Assembly (NCBI GenBank): GCA_965204735.1
Contig: OZ242008.1
Location: forward strand, 352,001-416,000
Reading direction: 5' to 3'
Source: Longimicrobiales bacterium
Lineage (GTDB): Bacteria > Gemmatimonadota > Gemmatimonadetes > Longimicrobiales > Gaopeijiaceae
Length of the DNA: 64,000 nt
In this document: piece by piece, positions 59,501 through 64,000 of the stretch
Layout of the letters: each line of letters opens with the position of its first letter
Position numbering within the stretch: the first letter of the stretch is position 1
Made by a program: the position numbers and the translations under genes
The notes under the pieces: model-generated
Databases searched by the model: none
Told to the model about the DNA's origin: nothing
Seen by the model: only the letters and a program-made list of their open reading frames with translations

Positions 59501-62500
59501 GACGGGCAAAGCGTTCAGGCGCCGAAGGTGCTGCGGACCTCCATCGGCCCGCCCCCGTCGGGCGGCGACACGTACACGCGAGGCGAGACGTTCTTGGTGG
59601 GGGTGTCCTTCGACAGGGACGTGGCGGTGGACACGACGGGAGGCCGGCCCCGGGTCGCGCTGGAGATCGGGGATTCGACGCGGTATGCGACGTACCGGGG
59701 TCCCCCTCGTGGCAGACCTTGGGAGTTGCTGTTCGTTTACGTCGTGCAGGCAGGAGACCGGGACGCGGACGGCGTCAGCATCAAGGCGAACGGGTTGTCG
59801 GCGAACGGCGGCTCGATCACCCTGCTGGGCGACACTACGCCCGCGGTGCTGTCGCACATCGGGCTGTTTCCGACGGGACACAAGGTGGACGGCGGCCGCG
59901 TGGGTGCTCCGCACGTGCGATGGGCGGCGTTCAACGCTCCGGTGAAGGGGGACACGTACCTTCGAGGCGAGCGGATCGAGGTGACGATCGGCTTCGATCG
60001 TGTCGCGTCGGTGGACACGGTCGGGGGACGGCCGCGGATCGCGTTGCAGGTGGGGGACTCGACGCGGTACGCGACGTACCTGGGCCCTTCACGCGCGCAA
60101 GCGCACATCAGATTTGGCTACGTGGTGCGGGCTGGGGACACGGACACGGACGGGCTGAGCATCGGGTCCAACGCGGTGGAGCTGAACGGCGGCACGATCA
60201 CGGCGCCGGGGGACACGACGGCTGCCGTTCTGACGCGCGCCACGGTGCCGACGAGCGCGGCGCACAAGGTGGACGGCAGCCGAGCGGGAGTTGCAGAAGT
60301 GCAGTGGCTGGCCGTCGGTCCGCCTCCGTCGCGGGACAGCACGTACACGCGGGGCGAAGTGCTCTACGCGAGCGTGCACTTCGACCGGGCCGTTGCCGTG
60401 GACACGACGGGAGGCCGGCCGCGGATCGCCCTCGAGATCGGGGACTCGACGCGGCACGCGACCTACTCGCATCAGTTCACGAATACGCCGGCGCGACAGG
60501 TGTTCAAGTACGTGGTGCAGGCGAGCGACCGGGACGCCGACGGGCTGAGCGTCGCGGCCGACGCATTGGAGCTGAACGGCGGTTCGATCACGGCGCCGGA
60601 CGACACGGTGTCGGCGGACCTGTCGCACGCGCCGGTGGCGGCGGACTCGGCCTTCAAGGTGGACGGCGGTCGGACGGGCGCTCCACATGTGCGCTGGGTG
60701 TGGTTGAACGTCCCGGCGAGCGGCGACACGTACCTGCGCGGCGAGCAAGTTGTGGTGGTGGTGGACTTCGACCGAAGCGCTTCGGTGGACACGGTCGGCG
60801 GGCGGCCGCGGATCGCCTTGCAGGTGGGGGACTCGACGCGGCACGCGACGTACCTCGGCGCTCCGGGCGCGCGGCCGAGCTACGGCTTCACGTACGTGGT
60901 GCAGGCGGGCGACCGGGACGCGGACGGGCTGAGCATCGCGGCGAACGCATTGGAGCTGAACGGCAGCACGCTCACGGCGCCGGGCGACACGGCGGCGGCC
61001 GTTCTGACGCACGACTCGGTGCCGACGAGCGCGGCGCACAAGGTGGACGGGAGCCGAGCGGCCGGCGACGTCGCGGCGGAGGAGAATCGAGCGCCGGAAG
61101 TGGTGTCGGAGATCGCGCCGAAGACGATGGAGGTGGCGAGTCCGCCGGCCGTCGTCGACCTGTCGGCGCACTTCCGCGATCCCGACGGCGACGAGCTCCG
61201 GTACTTCGCGGCTTCGGCGACGCCGCGGTCGGTGCGAGTGGACGAGGCGGGCGGTGTCTTGACGATCCATGCGGCGGCGGTGGGCCAGTCCACCGTGACG
61301 GTGAGGGCGGTCGATCCCGAGGGTGCGGAAGCGGAGCAGAGCTTCTTGGTGACGGTCGAGGCGTCGCGTGCGGACCGCGCCCGCATCCTGAAGCGCTCGC
61401 TGGCCGCCTTCGGTCGGAGCGTGGGCACGGAGACGGTGGAAGCGATCGGCGGACGGCTGGGCGCGGCGGACGATCCGACTGCAATGGGCGCGATGGGCGC
61501 GGCGCATCTTCAAGTCGGCGGCCGGTCGCTTTCGTGCGTCGGCGCCGCGGAGCGCTGCGACCTGCAGGAGCTGGCCAGGCAGGCCGCCGGGCTGCTCGGC
61601 GTGCGGCCGTCGCACGGAGCGGGCAGCCTCGCGTCGGCGCTGCGGGCGGCTGCGAAGGGAGGCCACGACGCGGGCGCACTGCGCGGGCTGGCGGACGCCT
61701 TCGGACGATCGGCCCAGATCGGCGCCGCCGGCAGCTTCGGCGCACAGGACGGTTTCGCCGCCGGCAGCTTCGGTGCCACGGGCGGCTTGGGGACCGGCAG
61801 CCTCGGCGCACAGGGCGGCTTGGGCACCGTGGGCAGCTTGGGGGCCGGCGGCCTCGGCGCCACGGGCGGACGCGGCGACCGTCCCCGCTGGGGTCGGCTG
61901 GTCGCCATGGACCCCGTGACGCGCGACGAGCTGCTCACGCGGTCGTCGTTCCGGTTCTCGCCGGGCGCAGGCGCCGCCGGCGGCGCGCCGGCGGCGCCCG
62001 GCGGGTGGACGTTCTGGGGCCGAGCCAGCGCCGGCGGCTTCGAGGGCCGGCCCGAAGACGACCTTGCGCTGGACGGCACGGTGCGCTCGGCGTACCTGGG
62101 CGCCGACTACCGGTTCGGAGCGGGGCCGCTGGTGGGCCTGGCGCTGTCGCGAACGACGAGCTTGATCGGCTTCGAGAGCGGGATCAACGGCACGGGCACG
62201 GTGGACGCGCGCCTGACGAGCTTGTACCCGTACGCGCAGTGGTCGCCGCGCGCGGGATTGAGCGTGTGGGGGCTGGTCGGTGCGGGCCGGGGGACGGCGG
62301 CGCTGTCGGAGGACGCGACGCGCCGCCGGTACGAGACGGGCATGGGGATGGCGATGACGGCGGCGGGCGTGCGCCAGCGGCTGACGGGCGTGCTGGCCGT
62401 GAAGGCGGACGCTTTCGAGGTGCGCACCGATGCCGACGAGGCGGAGGGGTTGGCGGGCGTCGTGGCGAACGTGCGCCGGTTGCGCGTGGCGTCCGAGGTC

Positions 62501-63145
62501 GTGGGGCGCTGGGGGCTGTCGGGCGGGTCGTCGATTGCTTCGCAGGTGGAGGTGGGCGCGCGCTTCGACGGTGGCGACGCGGAGACGGGCGCGGGCGCGG
62601 AGGCGGGCGCGGGGATCGGCTACGTGCACGAGGGCATCGGGCTGAGCGTGGACGCGCGGGGCCGGGCGCTGGTGGCGCATCAGGCGTCGTCGTTCCGGGA
62701 GTGGGGCGCAAGCGTCGCGGTGCGTCTGCGGCCGAGTGGCGAGGCGGGCGGGTTGTCGTTCACCCTCGAGCCGAGCTGGGGCAATGCGGCGAGCGGCGTG
62801 GCGACGCTCTGGCGGGAGGGAGCGGCAGCGGGCGCGCCCGGCGTGCCGCTGGGCGGTTCCCTGTCGCCGGCGCAGGCGGGGGGCGTGCCGCTTGCGAGCG
62901 AGCGCGCGAGCGCCAGCCGGCTCCACATGGAGGTGGACTACACGATCGTGCTGGCGGACGGCGGGCGAGTGGCGCCGTTCGGGCGCTGGGCGGTCGAGGG
63001 TGGTTCGGGGCGTCGGCTGAACGTTGGGGTCCGGCTGTCGGTGCTGGAAGCGGCGACGCTCGACCTCTTCGGCGAGGAGGTCTCGGGCGGCGCCGAGCCC
63101 GCGGACCGCCGACTAGGCCTGCAGGGCGCAGTGCGGTTCAAGTGA
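44591..63145 (+). CDS. Giant (~6180 aa) repetitive surface adhesin-like protein: signal peptide, ~24 DxDxDG Ig-like modules, ~17 Calx-beta domains, two putative-Ig (He_PIG-like) domains, C-terminal autotransporter-like beta-barrel
   Basis: Uninterrupted 18.5-kb ORF; signal peptide ending AEA/QAP; Calx-beta motif VTVDYAD..GTATSGVDY....GTLTF.PG......V.V.GD..VEGDETVVL.LS.......GTIVDDD; LP.GL.FD...RTIAGTP; C-terminal WTFWGRAS...LGADY...LYPYAQW...GLQGAVRFK. The true start may be ATG 44603 or 44609. Confidence 0.9.
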   Translation: MFQSMTMRAAVPGVRDSACGGKAWAGVVAFVLLVLIGAAPSSRAEAQAPTVERIVFRGLADGDSTYYRGEAVRVRVAFTRHIAVETSGGEPHVELTVGAATRRAELVAWKLNRMDFRYVVQAGDLDGDGVSVPANGLKLNGAAVTAKDDASLAADVTHGVAEGGLSRKVDGSQYRPQGPTLSGEGASVAEGGAGAETDLGFAVRLAPAAASRVTVDYADAGSGTATSGVDYAAIEGGTLTFEPGDTLQTAWVKVRGDDAVEGDETVVLSLSGASGAELATSTVTGTIVDDDEAAPPGPTVERIVFLGLADGDSTYYRGEAVRVRVAFTRHIAVETSGGEPHVELTVGAATRRAELVAWKLNRMDFRYVVQAGDLDGDGVSVPANGLKLNGAAVTVKDDASLAADVTHGVAEGGLSRKVDGSQYRPQGPTLSGEGASVAEGGAGAETDLGFAVRLAPAAASRVTVDYADAGSGTATSGVDYAAIEGGTLTFEPGDTLQTAWVKVRGDDAVEGDETVVLSLSGASGAELATSTVTGTIVDDDEAAPPGPTVERIVFLGLADGDSTYYRGEAVRVRVAFTRHIAVETSGGEPHVELTVGAATRRAELVAWKLNRMDFRYVVQAGDLDGDGVSVPANGLKLNGAAVTVKDDASLAADVTHGVAEGGASRKVDGSQYRPQGPTLSGEGASVAEGGAGAETDLGFAVRLAPAAASRVTVDYADAGSGTATSGVDYAAIGGGTLTFEPGDTLQTAWVKVRGDDAVEGDETVVLSLSGASGAELATSTVTGTIVDDDEAAPPGPTVERIVFLGLADGDSTYYRGEAVRVRVAFTRHIAVETSGGEPHVELTVGAATRRAELVAWKLNRMDFRYVVQAGDLDGDGVSVPANGLKLNGAAVTVKDDASLAADVTHGVAEGGASRKVDGSQYRPQGPTLSGEGASVAEGGAGAETDLGFAVRLAPAAASRVTVDYADAGSGTATSGVDYAAIGGGTLTFEPGDTLQTAWVKVRGDDAVEGDETVVLSLSGASGAELATSTVTGTIVDDDEAAPPGPTVERIVFLGLADGDSTYYRGEAVRVRVAFTRHIAVETSGGEPHVELTVGAATRRAELVAWKLNRMDFRYVVQAGDFDGDGVSVPANGLKLNGAAVTEKDDASLAADVTHGVAEGGASRKVDGSQYRPQGPTLSGEGASVAEGGAGAETDLGFAVRLAPAAASRVTVDYADAGSGTATSGVDYAAIEGGTLTFEPGDTLQTAWVKVRGDDEVEGDETVVLSLSGASGAELATSTVRGTIVDDDEAAPPGPIVERIVFLGLADGDSTYYRGEAVRVRVAFTRHIAVETSGGEPHVELTVGAATRRAELVAWKLNRMDFRYVVQAGDFDGDGVSVPANGLKLNGAAVTAKDDASVDADVAHGVAEGGASRKVDGSQYRPQGPTLSGEGASVAEGGAGAETDLGFAVRLAPAAASRVTVDYADAGSGTATSGVDYAAIGGGTLTFEPGDTLQTVWVKVRGDDAVEDDETVVLSLSGAAGAELATLTVTGTIVDDDGPEPRGPTVERIVFRGLAAGDSTYYRGEAVRVRVAFTRHIAMEMSGGKPHVELTVGAATRRAELVAWKLNRMDFRYVVQAGDLDGDGVSVPANGLKLNGATVKARNGPALDANPAHGAAEGGASRKVDGSGHRPLGPTLSAGGSSVTEGGSNTETDLEFAVWLGPPAASRVTVAYADAGSGTATSDVDYAAIEADTLTFEPGETLKTVSVTVRGDDEVEDDETVVLSLSGATNAELASRRVTGTIVDDDGSRPTVSIDSATVREPGPGEAVALSFTVSLSAPSARQVTVRYTDAGTGTATSGGDYDAVTPGTVVFAAGDTAQTVEVTVKGDALDEPVETIVLALGRPVNADLPNGGARGVGTIVDDDDAPTLSGDSPSVEEGKGEGRRLTFTLALDRPSGRGLALYYADAGTGTATSGADYEEVVPDTLFFEPGETTKSIDVMVVGDTLQELDETVVLRLSAADSSLLAVSTALIAGTIVDDDGEDLAPSFGDAVVPAQRWVRACEIRAVQLPAAEGGDAPLTYGLAPALPLGLAFDAGRRTIAGTPEREQPVTTYRYTATDADGDLATLSFTAQVELLECGLEADGLDADGEPEAVDAASSETPSIGDAGDFDAERETLSGDATAVSMHQDVDAEGGLATGAVVGAQSSTLTVQRIVFRGLAAGDSTYYLNEVVRVRVFFTQHVTVNTSGGKPYLDLTVGSTTRRAAYNSSRQNYLGFSYRVQADDFDGDGVSVPANGLKLNGATVTARNNPSVVADPAHGVAEGGLSRKVDGSQFRPPGLAVERIDFRSAPGGDSTYYRDEIVRVRVFFTEQIAVDASGGLPSVDLTVGAETRRAVMGSRSWNQNRLELRYVVQAGDFDGDGVSVQANSLSLNGAVVTAQGDASVLAETGHGAVEGGASQKVDGSQYRPQGPTLSAGGTSVVEGDSGAETDLEFAVRLAPAAASRVTVDYADAGSGTATSGVDYAAIGSGTLTFEPGDTLKTVSVTVRGDDEVEDDETVVLSLSGATGAELATSTVRGTIVNDDEAAPALTVQRFNFRGLGAADSTYYLNEVVRVRVFFTEHVTVDTSGGEPYLDLTVGSTTRRAAYNSSRQNYLGFSYRVQADDFDGDGVSVPANGLKLNGATVTARNNPAVVADPAHGVAEGGLSRKVDGSQLRPQGPTLSAGGTSVVEGDSGAETDLEFAVRLVPPAASRVTVDYADAGSGTATSGVDYAAIEGGTLTFEPGDTLKTVWVKVRGDDEVEGDETVVLSLSGATGAELATSTVRGTIVNDDEAAPALTVQRFNFRGLGAADSTYYLNEVVRVRVFFTEHVTVDTSGGEPYLDLTVGSTTRRAAYNSSRQNYLGFSYRVQADDFDGDGVSVPANGLKLNGATVTARSNPAVVADPAHGVAEGGLSRKVDGSQFRPQGPTLSAGGTSVVEGDSGAETDLEFAVRLAPAAASRVTVDYADAGSGTATSGVDYAAIGSGTLTFEPGDTLKTVWVKVRGDDEVEGDETVVLSLSGATGAELATSTVRGTIVNDDEAAPALTVQRFNFRGLGAADSTYYLNEVVRVRVFFTEHVTVDTSGGEPYLDLTVGSTTRRAAYNSSRQNYLGFSYRVQADDFDGDGVSVPANGLKLNGATVTARNNPAVVADPAHGVAEGGLSRKVDGSQLRPQGPTLSAGGTSVVEGDSGAETDLEFAVRLAPPAASRVTVEYADAGSGTATSGVDYAAIEGGTLTFEPGETLKTAWVKVRGDDEVEGDETVVLSLSGATGAELATSTVRGTIVDDDEAAPALTVQRFNFRGLGASDSTYYLNEVVRVRVFFTEHVTVDTSGGEPYLDLTVGTTTRRADYGSSRQNYLDFRYRVQADDFDGDGVSVPANGLKLNGATVTARSNPAVVADPAHGVAEGGLSRKVDGSQFRPQGPTLSAGGTSVVEGDSGAETDLEFAVRLAPASASRVTVAYADAGSGTAASGVDYAAIEGGTLTFEPGDTLQTVSVTVRGDDEVEDDETVVLSLSGATGAELATSTVRGTIVDDDGPEPRGPTVERIVFRGLAAGDSTYYRDEVVRVRVRFSRHVTVATTVGEPHLDLTVGATTRRADFGSSRQNYLDFRYRVQAGDFDGDGVSVPANGLKLNGATVKARNGPALDANPAHGAAEGGASRKVDGSGHRPQGPTLSAGGSSATEGGSNTETDLEFAVWLGPPAASRVTVAYADAGSGTATAGVDYAAIEADTLTFEPGETLKTVSVTVRGDDEVEDDETVVLSLSGATNAELASRRVTGTIADDDGSRPTVSIDSATVREPGPGEAVALSFTVSLSAPSARQVTVRYADAGTGTATPGGDYDAVTPGTVVFAAGDTAQTVEVTVKGDALDEPVETIVLALAGPVNADLPNGGARGVGTIVDDDDAPTLSGDSPSVEEGNGEGRRLTFTLALDRPSGRGLALYYADAGTGTATSGADYEEVVPDTLFFEPGETTKSIDVMVVGDTLQEIDETVVLRLSAADSTLLAVSKALIAGTIVDDDGEDVAPSFGDAVVPAQRWVRACEIRAVQLPAAERGDAPLTYGLAPALPLGLAFDAGRRTIAGTPEREQPVTTYRYTATDADGDSATLSFTAQVELLECGLEEADGLDADGDPEAVDAASSETPSIGDAGNFDAERETLSEDATAVSMHQEDDADGDLATEPVVGAQSGAPAVQRIVFRGLAAGDSTYYRDEVVRVRVFFTQHVTVNTSGGEPYLDLTVGATTRRAAYNSSRQNYLGFSYRVQAADFDGDGVSVPANGLKLNGATITAKNDTSVNANIAHDSAAGGASRKVDGSKYRPPSVRSATFSNSPASGDTYGYGEKIEATVAFDRRVLVSTTGGTPSLDLTIGAHTRQATLIRAGRRTRLIFSYTVQAGDLAPAGASIAANAVRLNGGTITHDADSATHAILAHEAVAADTTRRVSGRQGRPPKVEGIAFGAPAPTDSVYYRGDSIRVRVAFDDSVAVDTTSGKPQVALAVGTATRQAALSAHAGKALDFVYVVQAADRDSDGVSIAANALALNGATIRGTGAAAARNADVTHPPVAPSAARTVDGSKVGAPKVSSVAFAGLPPDGDTYHYDDEVRVQVVFDGRVAVDTVGGKPQLALSMGTRRRQAVFAPSASTGTTLVFAYRVQSADVDSDGASIAANALALNGGSIRAEADSTTAALATHDSLAADPARKVDGRPRITSLEFYDPPSSVPPSAGVYGFGERIRILARFDQKLILDHRAWVSLEVGTDTVQVRSSWRLRMGDRALLFTYVVGRGAMDSDGVRVPKGALSLNGGMLKADSDGVTRARLDHGGLPADSSRRVNGSVTPTPRPVVTLTDDPPASGNTYTWNERIEASVYFNVDVRVTGRPRLTMNVGTGTRQLVADEYGGRGPLTFEYVVQAADMDADGISFPANALSLPSGATIRSAADTSIHAALSHDSVPADPQRKVDGQSVQAPKVLRTSIGPPPSGGDTYTRGETFLVGVSFDRDVAVDTTGGRPRVALEIGDSTRYATYRGPPRGRPWELLFVYVVQAGDRDADGVSIKANGLSANGGSITLLGDTTPAVLSHIGLFPTGHKVDGGRVGAPHVRWAAFNAPVKGDTYLRGERIEVTIGFDRVASVDTVGGRPRIALQVGDSTRYATYLGPSRAQAHIRFGYVVRAGDTDTDGLSIGSNAVELNGGTITAPGDTTAAVLTRATVPTSAAHKVDGSRAGVAEVQWLAVGPPPSRDSTYTRGEVLYASVHFDRAVAVDTTGGRPRIALEIGDSTRHATYSHQFTNTPARQVFKYVVQASDRDADGLSVAADALELNGGSITAPDDTVSADLSHAPVAADSAFKVDGGRTGAPHVRWVWLNVPASGDTYLRGEQVVVVVDFDRSASVDTVGGRPRIALQVGDSTRHATYLGAPGARPSYGFTYVVQAGDRDADGLSIAANALELNGSTLTAPGDTAAAVLTHDSVPTSAAHKVDGSRAAGDVAAEENRAPEVVSEIAPKTMEVASPPAVVDLSAHFRDPDGDELRYFAASATPRSVRVDEAGGVLTIHAAAVGQSTVTVRAVDPEGAEAEQSFLVTVEASRADRARILKRSLAAFGRSVGTETVEAIGGRLGAADDPTAMGAMGAAHLQVGGRSLSCVGAAERCDLQELARQAAGLLGVRPSHGAGSLASALRAAAKGGHDAGALRGLADAFGRSAQIGAAGSFGAQDGFAAGSFGATGGLGTGSLGAQGGLGTVGSLGAGGLGATGGRGDRPRWGRLVAMDPVTRDELLTRSSFRFSPGAGAAGGAPAAPGGWTFWGRASAGGFEGRPEDDLALDGTVRSAYLGADYRFGAGPLVGLALSRTTSLIGFESGINGTGTVDARLTSLYPYAQWSPRAGLSVWGLVGAGRGTAALSEDATRRRYETGMGMAMTAAGVRQRLTGVLAVKADAFEVRTDADEAEGLAGVVANVRRLRVASEVVGRWGLSGGSSIASQVEVGARFDGGDAETGAGAEAGAGIGYVHEGIGLSVDARGRALVAHQASSFREWGASVAVRLRPSGEAGGLSFTLEPSWGNAASGVATLWREGAAAGAPGVPLGGSLSPAQAGGVPLASERASASRLHMEVDYTIVLADGGRVAPFGRWAVEGGSGRRLNVGVRLSVLEAATLDLFGEEVSGGAEPADRRLGLQGAVRFK
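44735..49945 (+). repeat. Intragenic tandem array of seven 747-bp (249-aa) units
   Basis: Unit starts at 44735, 45482, 46229, 46976, 47723, 48470 and 49217; units 1-6 are nearly identical, unit 7 diverges in its second half. Confidence 0.97.
49190..57490 (+). repeat. Dispersed intragenic duplication of a ~2.2-kb block (about 49190-51430 and 55244-57487; offset 6054-6057 bp)
   Basis: The block of Ig module + three Calx-beta + PIG-like domain + acidic linker recurs; paired shadow ORFs are offset by 6054 (49762/55816, 50458/56512). Confidence 0.93.
51905..55250 (+). repeat. Intragenic tandem array of about 4.5 units of 744 bp (248 aa)
   Basis: LTVQRFNFRGLG starts at 52292, 53036, 53780 and 54524. 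Confidence 0.95.
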
Positions 63146-63156
63146 TGATCCGCTGG

Positions 63157-63666
63157 TCATCCCCCTGATCGGCCCACGGGAATCCTGATCGCGGCGAGAA
63201 GGCGTTGGAACGCCGACCGGTGCCCGGGACCGTCCGGGGCGCCGTCGGAGGCGCCCACGTTGCCCGCCAGGACAACGCCCAGAGCGCCGGCAACGGCAAT
63301 CCCCCCGGCGAGAAGACTGGTCCGGGCCGGAGAGAACCGCTGCATCTCCACGCTCGTCACGTCCGCCCGCAGAACGCGCAGGGTGTCGGCAACCTTCGTG
63401 TTCCGATGCAGCCCAGGATCGATTCCCGGGATGGGAACCTGGAGCACCAACGCCTCCGGCTCGACGGAAAGCAGATCGCCGTCAAGGCTGGTGCGGGCCA
63501 CGCCAGTGACCTGGGCTTGGCGGAGCTGGCCCTCCGCGGCGAGCTGCGTGCGTATCCGTTCGCCGGGAATCGGGTCGCCGGCAATGGGTTGGAATGTCGT
63601 GCACCCAAGACACGCTAGAGCTAGAGCCAGAAGAGCGAAGCCGACGGCCGCCGTTGGCCAGCGCAT
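63157..63666 (-). CDS. Hypothetical lipoprotein
   Basis: MRWPTAAVGFALLALALACLGC lipobox, small beta-rich domain, C-terminal hydrophobic helix. Confidence 0.7.
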   Translation of the reverse strand: MRWPTAAVGFALLALALACLGCTTFQPIAGDPIPGERIRTQLAAEGQLRQAQVTGVARTSLDGDLLSVEPEALVLQVPIPGIDPGLHRNTKVADTLRVLRADVTSVEMQRFSPARTSLLAGGIAVAGALGVVLAGNVGASDGAPDGPGHRSAFQRLLAAIRIPVGRSGG

Positions 63667-64000
63667 GCCTGCGTCGGGACGAAGGGGGACCACGAAACCG
63701 CTCCTCGGTTCTTGGGACGACACGCTTCTTGGGGCCACACGCCGCAAAGTCTGCCGGGGTTCGGGTCCAGTCAAGCGGCAGCTGCCCAGCAACCCACGAT
63801 CCTCCGACAGCCCCTGATCCCCCGACAACCCCTTGCCGACCGTCGGCGTCGGTCCGTCGTCGCCTTCCTCTGGTCTGGCCAGCTCTGGTCTGGCGAGATT
63901 TCCGTTCGCTTTCTCCTCCGTCCTCGTTGCACAGGGGTCCGTGCCATGCAAGCTCGTTTCCGCGCCATCCGCCGTTCCTTCGCCCCCGCCCGCCGTCTCC

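Noticed and set aside
44516..62926. Very long antisense and alternate-frame ORFs (e.g. 44516-49594, 50666-58531, 60089-62926, and likewise 7107-11927, 23551-28368, 29769-33614)
   Set aside because: Arg/Pro/His-rich shadow frames expected from high GC3 and repeats, lying opposite well-supported genes and without recognisable motifs.

Overview
High-GC bacterial chromosome segment. Gene content and style (Cys-containing SusC/SusD pairs, a free-standing TonB plug protein, the mfd-PPIase-surA-pdxA order) suggest Gemmatimonadota, possibly a host- or sponge-associated lineage; this is an inference. Bases 1-44.4 kb are mostly housekeeping genes (moeA, acs, guaB, mltD-like, moaC, holB, pdxA, surA, mfd, DUF58/BatA, clpB). 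Accessory items are interspersed: a 1127-bp tandem duplication of an SGNH-family gene whose copies diverge almost only in the C-terminal half, a DUF4011-helicase-nuclease (Hhe-like) candidate defence gene, two orphan SusC/SusD pairs and an orphan HTH gene. clpB is preceded by a good sigma54-type promoter and three copies of the palindrome CTGCCA-AAA-TGGCAG, which matches none of CIRCE, HAIR or CtsR boxes. Bases 44.6-63.1 kb are one ~6180-aa surface protein: about 24 DxDxDG Ig-like modules with one hypervariable loop, about 17 Calx-beta domains and a C-terminal autotransporter-like barrel, built from 747/744-bp repeats and a duplicated block offset by ~6054 bp. Short tandem micro-duplications occur throughout. 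I saw no rRNA, tRNA, CRISPR array or transposase. All assignments are by eye from motifs; no searches were run.
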